From assembly GCF_009914755.1 (NCBI RefSeq), contig NC_060936.1: a DNA stretch of 64,000 nucleotides; one strand, given 5' to 3'. Source of the DNA: the human T2T-CHM13v2.0 reference genome, Homo sapiens. Below the pieces are notes generated by a model. That model saw only the letters and a list, made by a program, of their open reading frames with translations. It was not told where the DNA came from and searched no databases. Numbering within the stretch: the first letter of the stretch is position 1; each line of letters begins with the position of its first letter. Below, piece after piece: positions 43,879-64,000 of the stretch. A program made the translations under genes and the position numbers.

Positions 43879-44539
43879 TTAGGAGTCTGTGTACTCTGTC
43901 CTTAAATCTAGAATGGTTTGTGACTAATTCAACTAATAAAAATGCTATAATAATTCTAAAGCTAAATCATGAAAAGCCATGCAGTTTTTTCTTAATCACT
44001 GCAATATTTACTCTTGGAGTCCTAAGCCACATGTAAGTAGTCCAACTACTCTGAGGTCACAATGTCCAAACCCACATGCAGAGGCCATATGCAGGCCCTC
44101 TGGCTCATTATCCCACGTGAGCCCAGCTTTTACGTCCTTTTACCCCAGGTACTAAACCTATGAGCCAAGAAAGCGATATTTGACCTGTCTGATACGGTAG
44201 ATACTAGCCACATGTCACACGTGGCTTTTTAAATTCACATTAATAAAAATTAAATAAGATTAAAAGTACAGAGCCTCAGTATTACTAACCATATTTCAAA
44301 TGCTCACTAGCCACGTGTGACTATTTTATAGCCAACATACATAGGGGATATTTCTATCATTGCCTATCATTGACATTTCTATGTATTTCTCAGCTCCGCC
44401 TTAGATAAGTTCAGCCCCTGGTCACTTGAATTGCCCCAGTTGTTCATAACTTTCTGGCTAAAGGCTTAGACATTCTGGAACAAAAAGAAGCCATCCCTGC
44501 TATGTCTTGAACAAAACCCTAACCTACAGAATCTTTAAG

Positions 44540-44937
44540 TGAATTAGTCTATTCTTGCATTGCTATAAAGAAACACCTGAAACTGGGTTTCTGTAAGAGG
44601 TTTAATTGGCTCATGGCTTCACAGGCTGTACAGGAAGCATGGCGGCATCTGTTTCTGGGGAGGCCTCAGGAAATGTATAAAGATGGCGGAAGGCAATGGG
44701 GAAATCAGATACATCTTCACATGGTTGGAGCAGGAGGAAGAGAAAGATGGGGGAGGTGCCTTACACTTTCAAACAACCAAATCTTGTGATAACTCACTCA
44801 CTCACTATTGCCACACCACCACCAAGGGGGAAACTGCCCCCCATAATCCAATCACCTCCCACCAGGCCCCACCTCCAACATTAGGGGTTACAATTCAATA
44901 TGAGATTTGGGCGAGGACAGAAATTCAAACCATATCA
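44540..44937 (-). mobile_element. MST-type solo LTR, within an older MLT1-like LTR (~43840-45010) that also holds a MER3-like insert
   Basis: tgaattagtctattcttgcattgctataaagaaa … caaaccatatca. Confidence 0.8.
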
Positions 44938-45679
44938 ACAAGCACAATAAAATGGCTGTTATTTTACACCATGAAGTTTCTGGGTGATTTTATTATGCAG
45001 CAATAGAGCATCAGAATAGAATTATTTAGCATATGAATGGTATCAATATTTTGTCATTTCTAATTTCCATGTCTGTTTTTCTCTTCTATCCCAAATAAAG
45101 GTATCCATAGCATCTTTATTTTCCTCAGTGTAAGGGGAACTTGTATAAATTTTCTATAATTTTTTCATACGTTGAGCTGAACTTAATCTTAATTCTGATG
45201 AGGTCAAACCAGGAAAGGCCAATTAGTCATGTTCTTTGTGTAATGCAACTGCTGCATTTCCCTCCCAAAGTAGCTAGTCCAAAATTTAGTGACATTCAAA
45301 ACCAATGGAGATATAATATAGGCCTAAGAGGAGTCAAAGAAATGAATGAGTTGGACAGCCCACCAAAAGATACACCCTAGGTAAATTCACAAAGAAAACT
45401 CCATGACTAAAAGAAAGGCTAATTGTGATAGGCAAACATGAAATGCAAACAAAACTGAAACTGAAATAAACAAAGGGAAATTCAGGAAAATATTATATGC
45501 TGAAAAAGGGTTATTTTATTTGTCTTATTGAATATCTTCTTTGTTCCAGCCCTCTAGGAGGTGGGATGAAGCATTAAATACAACTATTTTTAAATGCCCT
45601 TAATAAGTTGACATTCTGAAAAGATGAACTCTAAACATATAACTAATAAAATATATATCATACAGATATAAAATATAGT

Positions 45680-45960
45680 TTATAAGAAGTTGCAAATATA
45701 AGTAGAGAGGGTCAATAGAAAGCATGTCAGAAGAGGGGTTGAAATTTTAAATAAGGTGCTTAGGGAAGGACTCATTGAGAAGGTGATGTCTGAACAAAGA
45801 CCTAAAGTAGGTAAAGAAATTATCCATGTTTTGTCTGGGTAAAGTACATTCCAGACACACGGAACAGCATTATCAGTGTGCTAACATTGGATGTACCTAG
45901 TGTGTCTGAGGAAGAACAAGGAAAGCAGTGTGACTGTTGCGGAGATGAGAGAGTGAGACC
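45680..45960 (+). mobile_element. L2 fragment
   Basis: agggaaggactcattgagaaggtgatgtctgaacaaagacctaaag resembles the L2 3' region. Confidence 0.6.
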
Positions 45961-45989
45961 ACTAAGAGTGAAGTCTCAGAAAGAAGAGG

Positions 45990-46822
45990 CATGTGCCCAG
46001 AAGGCAGCACATACAGTCAAAAGAGATTATTTTAGAACGTTAATATTTAACGCCTGCCCTGCTGTGTTTTGTACTTGCGTGGTGCCTACTGCTCCTCTCT
46101 TGTGGCTGATTTCTCCCTTTTGGAATGAGAATGTCTATCCAATGCCTGTACAACAACTGTATCTTGGAAGGAAATAAATTGTTTTTTATTTCACAGGCTC
46201 ATAGCTGGAAGGAACTTGACTTCCAGTCTCAAATGAGACTTTGGACTTCAGACATTTGAATTGATGCAGCAACGTGTTAAGAATTGGGGGACTATTGTTG
46301 GGATGGAAAGATTACATTTTTTTTTATGTGAGAAGGACACGAGTTTTCAGGGGACCAAGTCAGAATGCTATGGTTTGTACACGGTTTGTTTGTCCCCATC
46401 AGAACTCATATTGGGATTTGATCCCCAAAGTAGTGGTGTTGGGAGGTTGAGCTTAGTGAGAAGTGTTTGAGTCATAGGGTTGGTTCCCTCATGAATGCCT
46501 TGGTACCATTTTCAATGTAGTGAGTGAGTTCTCACTCTCACAAGACTGAATTTGTTCTAGGGGAATGAGTTGTTTTTCATGAGAGTGAATTGTTATAAAG
46601 CCAGGATGCCCCTTTGGTTTATTCTCTCTTCACATGTGCCCGCTTCTGCTTTGACCTTCTCCACCATGGTTTGACCCAGCACAAAAGCTCTCAGCAGAAA
46701 CTAAGCAGATGCTAATGCCATGCTTCTTGTACAGCCTGCGGAACCATGAACTAAATAAACCTCTTTTATTTATAAATTACTCAGCTTCAGGTATTCCTTT
46801 ATACCAACACAAACAGACCAAG
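45990..46822 (+). mobile_element. MST MaLR internal 3' fragment plus LTR (~46366-46822)
   Basis: Similar to 3650-4411 in this window. Confidence 0.8.
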
Positions 46823-47069
46823 AAATTGAGGAATAATATTTATAAAATTATTTCAGTGAATTAAATTAGATAAAATGGACAAATTCCCTGAAAGAAATTA
46901 CTGAATCAGGCACACAAAGAAATAGAAAATCTTAGTGTCTATTTTTAAAAATTGAATTCTTAATTTAAAACTTTCACACAAAGCAAGGGATGACCTGAAT
47001 GTTTATTTTCATCACATATTTAAGAAGAAAAAAATACCAACCTACATAAATTTTTCAACAAAGTCTCAT

Positions 47070-52890
<5,821 letters not shown>

Positions 52891-53369
52891 ACTATACAAT
52901 TTTAACTAACACTACTAAGTGATAGAATTGAGAATTGTACCTCTGACTCCAGACTCAGTCCTTAACTATTATAGTGTTTTTTGTGCGGACCATATGAGTG
53001 CAGAGGTGAAAATACTGACAGATATTGAAAGATGCTATTGGGTAAATAAACTACAAGAGAGTTCAGAGAAATTAATGATAAAAATGATCATACTACTCCT
53101 CTCACTTACCTAACTTTTAAGCAAACCCATTTGGGAGGTCCTTTCTAAAAAGAAAATAAAAGAGAGAAAATGAGAATGCTCAAGTAGATAGTACTATTGA
53201 AACAGGTTACTAAAAATGCATGTGGTATCACCAAAGAACCTGTTCTGACAGCAGAGAAAATGAAATTAGGCTTTCTGTCCTTATACTCAAGGATAACTGT
53301 GCCTTATTGCAAATATTTATTCCAACTGTTCCATAAAATATCTTTGAGTTTTGAAAGCAAAAAAAGTTA

Positions 53370-54830
53370 AAAATAATTTTCTTACAGGAAAATAGTTGAT
53401 TATTGAACTTCATTAAAAGTTTTTAATGTCCTCTCTTTGAAAGACACTGTAAAGAAAATGAAATGACAAGCCTCTGGCTGGCAGAAAATATTTATAAAAC
53501 ATATGTCTGATAAAGAACTTATATTCAGAATGATATGGTCTGGCTGTGTCCCCACCCAAATCTCATCTTGAATTGTAGCTCCCATAATTCCCATGTGTTA
53601 TGGGAGGGACTCAGTGGGAGATAATTGAATGATGGGGGTGGTTTCCCCCATACTGTTCTCATGGTAGTGAATAAGTCTCATGAAACTTGATGTTTTTATA
53701 AGGGGTTTCCCCTTTCGCTTGGCTGTCATTCTCTCTTCACTGCCACCATGTAAGACGTGACTTTTGTCTCTGCCATTATTGTGAGGCCTTTCCAGCCATG
53801 TGGAACTGTCAGTCAATTAAACCTCTTTTTCTTTATAAGTTACCCAGTCTTGAGTATGTCTTTATCAGCAGCATGAAAATGGACTAATACAGAGACTATA
53901 TAAAGAACATTTACAACTCAGTAATAAAAACAGAAAGCAATGAATCAAGCTAAGTAGTTGGCAAAAGGTTTAAACAAACATTTCATAAAAAGAGGTTGTA
54001 TGAATGACCCAAAGCATATGAAAAAATCATCAGCCTCACTAGCCATTAGGAAAATGTGAATTAAAACTATGATGAGATGCCATTACATTCTGACTAGAAT
54101 GGCCAAAATAGAAAACAAAACAGAGTACCTACCAACTGTTGGCCAGAATGTGAAATAACTGAAACACTCGTATATTGCTGGCAATAGTATGAAATGGTGC
54201 AACCACTCTATAGAACTCTGGCAGTTTTTTCTTAAGTTAAACATACACTTATCATATGATTTGACATTTTTACTCATAGGTATTTACTCAAGAGTGAGGA
54301 AATTGTATATCCAGAAGAAGAGAAATACATGAATGTTGATATCAGTTTTATTTATAATGGCCAATAATTGAAAACCATTTGAATGTTCATTAACAGGAAA
54401 GAGAAATTTTTTAATGTGGTATATCCAACACTACTCAGGAACACTGCTCAGGAACAAACTACTGATTAATACAACAAAACAGAAGAACTTCAAAAACATT
54501 ATGCTGAGTTAAAGAAGCCTCACATATAACAATACACACTCTATAACTGTATGTGTGTGTGTGTGTGTGTATATATGGCATCTATATATCTATATCTATA
54601 GATATATAGATGCATAAAATTCTAGAAATCAAAAACTCTCTTATTGTTACCAAAAGCAGATAAGTAGTTGCTTGGGAAAAAGGGCTGGAGGGGAGAGGGT
54701 AAACTGCAAAGGGCACTGACATTGTGGTCACACAAGTGTATACATTGTCAAAACTCTAACTGAAATGTGGACTAACATGTTGCATTTTATTATATGTAAA
54801 TTATACCTCAATAATATTTACTTTAAAAGG
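53370..54830 (+). mobile_element. Old L1M 3' fragment
   Basis: ORF2 C-terminus/3' UTR remnants flanking the THE1 LTR. Confidence 0.7.
53531..53891 (+). mobile_element. THE1 solo LTR
   Basis: tgatatggtctggctgtgtccccacccaaatctcatcttgaattgtagctccc … ggactaataca. Confidence 0.9.
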
Positions 54831-55424
54831 CATAATGTAAAATATGTATGTACACATACATACAATATAATTACTAAAAAACCGTTATCTTTTTATGTGG
54901 CAGTTACTCATATTAAACTTTTTAACCCTCTCAATTCTCTCAACACATCAGTATAGTAATAGTGGCAAGTCCAAACTTCCCTAATTCTATTCCAAATAAC
55001 TGTTCTAATTATCTGTAGCTCACCATTTAAATAGGAGTACTTGAGATAATAAAATAATTACCTAAATCACCCATCTCAATGAATGATTTAGAATTGAAGA
55101 GCCATTGCCAAACAAAAGATTGTAGATTTACAATTAACATCTAAGTATGCTGTAGTATATGTTTTTAATTTACAATAGAATCTGCCAATAATTTCCTCAA
55201 ATAAGTTTCAAATTCCTAATAATGTAGAAATACATGTCATAAATACATAATATTCTTAGGTAAGATGCTATTATAGAGAAGAATTTAAAACATTTACAGT
55301 GACCTTCACAATAAAAGAAACCAGGGGAAGCATAAAATATCTTTTAAACTCCTTGTAGACTCCTGTTTCTGTCTGCAATATTCAATAATCTGTGGTCTGA
55401 ATGGCTTATGAAATTGTGAGTTTC

Positions 55425-56336
55425 TCATCGTTTAGCCCATACCTTAGCTGCCACCAAAAGAAAGGCCTGTCTTAACTTAGCGTTTCCTAGAATCAGAAGA
55501 AAGGAGTGGCTTGAAGGAGAGAAGACTCCAATCGTCTCACAAAGCATGTAGATCACTGTGTTCTGATACAGCTCAGAAATCCATGATATGAGAACACATA
55601 GAAAGAAACTAGCATAGAATAAAAGGAATGAGATCACAATTTTCAAGGCATTTGTATGGACCTTGGTCCTGGGGTCTCTGTGTCCTTTGTAATTGAGTTG
55701 CATTTTCTGGAGATGTTTCTGCAGGGAGAAAATTAACAGGAGAAAAGAGATGAAGGCCACAGTAAATGGTGTTAGACTGAACATAGTCATAGTGAATTTG
55801 ACCGACACTGAAAATGTTTCAAAGTCACTCATACTGAAATTCCAAGTTGTGTTTCTTTCATATCGGTCCAGCCAGTCTTTTATATGCATGTTTATTTGTA
55901 TCAGATTTAAAAATAAGAAGACCAAGGTTCCTAGCAGTATCATCAGAATCACTTTGTTTACTCTCCACTTCAAATAGAGAAAAGCAGGGCTAGAGAAACT
56001 CGCTATTTTGAGCAAATAAAAGATGCTGAAGATTGTAGCAAGCCAGAGATTGAAGTGATTAGAAACTATCCAGCTAAAAATCATAATTCTTAATCCTGTT
56101 CCAGACACAAATATGGCTAGATAATGCAGAGCTAAAAACCAACTTACTAATATTTCCCAGATCAGCCCAATTCTGGAGATTGCCAAGATAATGAGGAGTT
56201 TATCGACTGAGGACAGCTCTCTTTTACTGACCCAGTCAATGCAGTTGATCAGTACTATAAATCCATTGCTCAAATTCCCAATTATGAATTCTGCAATTAT
56301 TACAAGAGTGAAGATACTCGGCAGGGCACTTTCCAT
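55425..56336 (-). CDS. TAS2R13: Taste receptor type 2 member 13, 303 aa, intronless 7TM GPCR
   Basis: Intact ORF MESALPSIFTLVIIAEFIIGNLSNGFIVLINC...LRQAFLLVAAKVWAKR with TAS2R motifs (LAISRI, FYLLKIA, NTT sequon, HSFLLIL). The first ATG is at 56336; the ORF track start at 56357 is TTG. Confidence 0.97.
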   Translation of the reverse strand: MESALPSIFTLVIIAEFIIGNLSNGFIVLINCIDWVSKRELSSVDKLLIILAISRIGLIWEILVSWFLALHYLAIFVSGTGLRIMIFSWIVSNHFNLWLATIFSIFYLLKIASFSSPAFLYLKWRVNKVILMILLGTLVFLFLNLIQINMHIKDWLDRYERNTTWNFSMSDFETFSVSVKFTMTMFSLTPFTVAFISFLLLIFSLQKHLQKMQLNYKGHRDPRTKVHTNALKIVISFLLFYASFFLCVLISWISELYQNTVIYMLCETIGVFSPSSHSFLLILGNAKLRQAFLLVAAKVWAKR

Positions 56337-56639
56337 GTCAGAACAGAGAAAGTTCAATGTCTAATGTCACTGCTGGTTATTCACTGATCTAAAATGCTAT
56401 TCACATCCTTGAGTGTCCAGTGGAGTTCTTCTTCCTTCTCCTTTTTCTGCTCCTTCTTTCATTGTTGGCTCAACGTCAAAGCAGAAATCTCTAAAGTTTG
56501 CTGATCGATCTTCACATAACTGTTCTGGTGATATCTTTATTTTTCTTCAATTTCTCTGCTGAGCCCTAGCTAAGATATTTATGTCTTCACCATGGGCAGA
56601 AATATTTCATAGATGATTATGCAGCAAAGTTAAACTCAC

Positions 56640-56657
56640 ATTTGCAACCATGCAAAT
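56640..56657. promoter_or_regulatory. Candidate POU octamer element upstream of TAS2R13 (ATTTGCAAccATGCAAAT)
   Basis: Perfect ATGCAAAT at 56650-56657 plus an inverted near-octamer at 56640-56647; a homologous motif sits at the same offset upstream of TAS2R12P. Function is inferred. Confidence 0.5.
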
Positions 56658-57165
56658 AAAGATATATTCTCTTTCATTGTTTTGTACTTTTTTGCCTTGT
56701 CTGAGCATAGAAAATTAGATTCAACCAGCTTGAGTTCTGAGGTACAAATATTATAAAAATCTGATTCATAGAATATGTAGCTAAATGAAGCTTTTATGGC
56801 TAATAGCATAGCCAATGAAGCTTTATAAAATATGCAAAGACTTACCTATGCTATTTCAAAAGAGTGCTCAATTTCTTGTGGAGCTAAAGCTGGATCTGGT
56901 CAATACTGTGACTAAAGAGAAACTCGTTTACAAAGCATCCATCTTTCTCATTCCCTGCCTCATCACTACTTAGCAGTGCTCACCACCATCCCTCCATAGG
57001 CACCAAATGCCTTCACATTTTATCCGCTTTTCCCCTCATATTTCTTTTTTAAACTTAAAAGTGATAAAAAAACAAATTTTACAAAATCAGCAACAGCTAC
57101 CAAAGAAAGCAGTACTATATTACATCATAACTTGCAAAACTGAAAACCAAGCAAAGAAATAGATA

Positions 57166-57656
57166 CACTAGTTCCCCTTATCCATGAGGCCTATGTCCCA
57201 AGACCCCCAGTGGATGCCTAAAACAGCAGATAGTACCAAACTCTATATACAATATATTTTTTTCCTGTATTCACCTACCTATGATAAAGTTTAATTTGTA
57301 AATCAAGCACAGTAAAAGATTACAAAAATAACTAATAATAAAATAGAACAATTAAAACAATATACTATAATAAAAGTTGCCAGGGGTTGTGGCTCATCCC
57401 TGTAATCCTAGCAATTTGGGAGATTGAGGCGGGAGGACCGCTCGAGCCCAAAAGTTTGAGACCGGCCTGGGCAACATAGGGAGACCCTGTATCTAAAATA
57501 AATAAAAATTAAAAAAATAAAAAGTAAAAAAATGTGTTAAAATATATAGTGTGGTGTCTCTCACTCTCTCAAGATACCTTACTGTACTGTACACACCTAT
57601 TTTTGGACTGTGGTTGACCTTGGGTCACTGAAACTGCAGATAAGCGGGGACTAATG
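57166..57656. mobile_element. MER44/Tigger-family DNA transposon fossil with an inserted Alu monomer (~57379-57530)
   Basis: Imperfect TIRs cactagttccccttatc / gataagcggggactaatg; FLAM-like monomer with A tail inside. Confidence 0.75.
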
Positions 57657-58609
57657 TGTTCATTGTGAAGAGTCAAGGTTCCTCACCCCGCCCCACTCTT
57701 TCAAAAACTACCGAAAAAAAGTGGATTACCAAAATTCTGAAAACGTGGAGACTCAAGAAAGATTGTCTAATTCAAAATTAATATAAATAAAACACTTTAT
57801 CTTGATTATAAGATAATAAGTAGCCATTTAGCTAGATGAATACAAAGCTATTTTTATTTAATAAAGATATAATTTGTGAATTATGAATGTTTGTATTTTA
57901 TTACTCATGCAATCTTTATTGGGTGATCTACAGAGTACTAAAAAATTTACAAAATAATTGCATCATCTTTAATGATTTGCAAGTTTCAATTATAACTTAA
58001 AATAGGTAGATATTTTCTATTTTGTTGTTATAATGGTATATTTGTCAAGATAGAATAGAAAATATCTCCTTTAACAGTTTGTTAGGTTTGTATATTTATG
58101 ACCTTTAAATATGTAGCTATGTGGCATGTGGTCTTCCATTTGCATTCTTGACCCAGGGCTGAAGAGATCTTTTATACTTTTTCATTTTAGGGTGTTCTTC
58201 CTACCTATCTAGAGAAAAGGGTTTGGGGATGCCGGTCACAACTTGATAATACCCCAAATCTGTACAAATAGGCCTGAGGAATGGTACTGTACTTGCTGGT
58301 ATATGAAAAAATACCACAGTTTTTAGAACTTGTGATATAACACATGACAAAGACATAGAGAATGGATAACAGGCTTGCGGTTCTGAGCTGCATTTTCCTG
58401 GTGTGTTTCCATAAGAGAAAACATTTAAAAATATAAATTTAATCAAAGAGATGTAGTCTCTCACTTCTATAAGAGAAAGAGAATAGATGCTAGGGAGCAT
58501 CACAGAAAAACTTTTTCAGCAGTCTGAACTGAAAAGGAAAATGAGGCAAAGGGCAGGAAGAGGAAACAATGAAAGGTTTGAGTATGTAAAGTATTTTTTA
58601 AGTCACTGA

Positions 58610-60640
<2,031 letters not shown>

Positions 60641-61309
60641 CGTAAAATGGGACCTAGAGCTATATGCTAACATTTTATTCCTTGTAGGATAAGAAATGTA
60701 GTCTTGTAGGAGTCCCCTCTCCCCCTTGAAGTTGTATATTATGTAAATTTTTGGTCAATAAAATATTGTGGAAATGACATGTTGCTTCAGAGTGAGAGCA
60801 TTTACTCACCACTATAAGACTGCAAATTTCTCATCTTCTTGCCTTGACACTCAAACAAGGGTCAATAAACCATCTATCAGCCTGGATTCTTTTGTGACCA
60901 CTATGAGCACAGGACATGTAACAGAAATCAAAAACAAAAACAAACAACAAAAACTTCTCCTACGTGGAGTCCCTGAGCTTTGGGGATCTTGTTAGTACAG
61001 CATAGACTAAGCTATCTTGGCAAGTATGAGACTGGCCTCTTGAACTGGTATGTTACTAAAACAAAACACCTAACTTATGTGACACTGGCTTAATACTTGA
61101 TTCATTGGCAGTGAGTGGCAAGAAAAAACATTACTGTTTACTGTAAAACAAGATAGGGAGTGGCAAAACATTCGATAGCAGTCACCTGTGGTTATGTGGG
61201 AGGTAAATCACATATTTGAAAGTTTTGTAACTCTAGAAAAAAAATATAATTGAATATATTAATGGTTCATTTGACAATTAAAAAAATTGACTTTAGAAAA
61301 TAATTGCCT

Positions 61310-61741
61310 ACTGTCTAGCTAAATAGCAAACAGAGGGAGATGCTCTAAAAGAAAATGATATTTATTTGGGAGTAATATTGCAATGAGAATACATGTGCCA
61401 TAGTAAATTATGTGTGTATTCAGGGACATTAGAAAAGACAAGGATTTCTAAAAGAGGAAGATTACATAATTGTTTTGAGATAATTAACCTTGGATCCAAG
61501 GATCAGGAACAAGGGTGACACCTGTCTAAGGTTAGACAAGGAGGTTCTGAGCAGATGTCCTTGCAGAAGTATCTTTTTGTGTAGGGTTGCAGTGGCCTTT
61601 GTGCAATGTTGTTGTTTTGTAGAGTCTTTTCTGGTAGCTCTTGTTATAAGTCGTATTTACATTAAGAACTCTCCCCTCATGGCCTTCTCCAGCTCCATTT
61701 GTCAGAGTTTTAACACAAGTGACTTCATTTTGATTCTGACA
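61310..61741 (-). mobile_element. ERV1 (MER31/MER67-like) solo LTR
   Basis: TG…CA-bounded ~430-bp element ending gacttcattttgattctgaca; subfamily uncertain. Confidence 0.55.
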
Positions 61742-61884
61742 ATTTTATACTACTTTGCAAGCAGGAAAAAAATATATCAGAAAGAAGAGTCTAGAAACTT
61801 GAGATTTTGCAGAGCTGGAAGAGGCAACTGCTTCTCAACACTGAATAGTATTTGAGTTTCTAAGCCTGGTTAAAACTCAGCCAT

Positions 61885-62245
<361 letters not shown>

Positions 62246-62582
62246 TTAAAAATTCTGACTAGATTATATTTACAGAAAAAGGTTCAACTGACAGTTACTG
62301 CTCTTTCAGTTTGACAAGGTAATATCAAGGCAGAGTGATTAAATATCTGGTTTCCTGAATGAAGCCTTACAATGCTCAAAGTATCTGATATTAAATCCAG
62401 AGAGAAAAGCAGAGGGGTGAAAAAGCAACAAAACACAGCAAATATAAGAAGCAGCAGACTAGACAAAAACTGTGACTTGTTTGCTTGTATGTGAAGCTGA
62501 CAGGAATTAAGTAGACTAAAAAATTGAGTTTCTTAAAAAATTGTGCTTCTGAAAGAAATGCCAACCCAAACTAGGTCACACG

Positions 62583-62987
62583 TGTCAAAGTATATTAAAA
62601 TGGAGGCCAGGTCTGAAGAATCCCTAGGCAGACAAAGCCAGTTAGGTCTCATATGACCTTAAAACTGATTGATTTACAAAAGTAAGCAAAAATTAACTTG
62701 AGCTATTTTTTATAAATGCCTATAGTAAAGAAAAACAGAACTTAAACTCAACCAATCAAAGACAGCCAACAGGATAGCCAAACATTTGATTGGTTAGCTA
62801 TAAAGTTACCTTATTTCATCTGTCCTGTCTTTGCTTTTCTTCTTTGTCTGTCCTATAAAAGCATCCCCATCGCGTTCCCTCGGTAGAGCTCCGGAACCAC
62901 CTCAGTTTGGAGCTTTCCAATTTATGAACCATCATTTGCAAATAAACTTTTAAAAAACTTTAGTGTGCCTTAGTTGACCTTATTAAC
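62583..62987 (+). mobile_element. ERV1 solo LTR
   Basis: TG…CA ends, CCAAT (62751), TATAAA (~62854), AATAAA (62941). Confidence 0.6.
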
Positions 62988-63006
62988 ACATGTTGAGCTA
63001 AAACCC

Positions 63007-63375
63007 TGTATTAGTCTGTTCTCATGTTGCTAATAAAGACATACACAAGACTAAGTAATTTATAAAGGAAAGAGGTTTAATGAACTCACAGTTCTACATG
63101 GCTGAGGAGGCCTCACAATCATGGTGGAAGACAAAGAAAGAGGAAAGGGACATCTTACGTGGCAGCAGACAAGAGAGAGTTTGCAAGGCAACTCCCCTTT
63201 ATAAAACCATCAGATCTCATGAGAATTACTTATTCATTATCATAAGAACAACATGGGAAAGACCCGCCCACGATTCAGTTGCCTCCCACTGAGTTCCTCC
63301 CCATGACACATGGGAATTACTCGGGAGCCACAATTCAAGATGAGATTTGGATGGGGACACAGAAAAACCATATCA
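63007..63375 (-). mobile_element. THE1 solo LTR
   Basis: tgtattagtctgttctcatg … aaaccatatca; perfect 5-bp TSD aaccc. Confidence 0.92.
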
Positions 63376-63803
63376 AACCCTGTTCCAGAGATGCAGTTTA
63401 ACATATTATGAGACAAATGGGAGCTCACAGACAATATGAGAATCTCTTGAAGATTACACTTTTTTTCCTAGTTCTAAAATTACATCTTTTTTAATGAGAC
63501 TTATATTCTTCCCCCAACTCAGAACATTTCCTTGTCTTTAAGGGAGACCTGCCACAGATAGAGAACCATAGAAAATAACAGTAACAACCACATAAACTGT
63601 CATGTTAGCTATGAAAAGAGTTGGTGGAAGGAATGGGCTCTCACCAAGACAGTGAAAAATAGAGGTAGGTGGTAAACAAATATGCAAAAGGACCATTCAG
63701 AAACCCAAGCAAACTATCATTCTCCCCATTTTACTGGTGCTATAAATACCTGAAAAAAAGTGCCACAGAAATGGATTAGTGTTATCATCAACAAATATAT
63801 TTG

Positions 63804-64000
63804 AGCCGGGCACAGTGGCTCACACCTCTAATCCCAGCATTTTGGGAGGCCAAAATGGGAAGATATCTTGAGCCCAGGAGTTTGAGACCAGCCTGAACAA
63901 CATAAAAAGACCACCTCTCTATAAAATAAGATAAAATAAAATAAAATAAAATAAAATAAAAAAAATAGCTGGGCATGGTGGTGCACATCTGTAGTCCCAG
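63804..64000 (+). mobile_element. Old Alu (AluJ-like), cut by the window end
   Basis: Left arm, expanded (TAAAA)n linker, start of the right arm. Confidence 0.9.

Noticed and set aside
56337-56357. 7-aa N-terminal extension of TAS2R13 in the ORF track
   Set aside because: It starts at TTG, not ATG; the first ATG is at 56336.

Overview
Primate (human-like) genomic DNA matching the chr12p13.2 salivary proline-rich protein / bitter taste receptor cluster. It holds three gene-level features, all on the minus strand. PRH1 (4 exons, 166-aa acidic PRP precursor) carries the Asn4/Leu26/Asp50/Cys103 'Pa'-type allele. A full-length but nonsense-disrupted TAS2R pseudogene (TAS2R12P) and the intact single-exon TAS2R13 follow. 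The rest is mostly nested L1, MaLR/ERV LTRs, Alus and DNA-transposon fossils. I found no prokaryote-style novel system, CRISPR array or structural RNA gene. The most interesting unexplained structure is: (1) a position-conserved upstream motif with a POU octamer ~313 bp before the ATG of both TAS2R genes; (2) diverged paralogous flank blocks suggesting a lost 'ghost' PRP gene unit at ~13.7-23.3 kb; (3) a PRH1 TATA box that also reads as a splice acceptor; (4) several small template-switch or inversion scars. Repeat subfamily names and boundaries are by eye and approximate.
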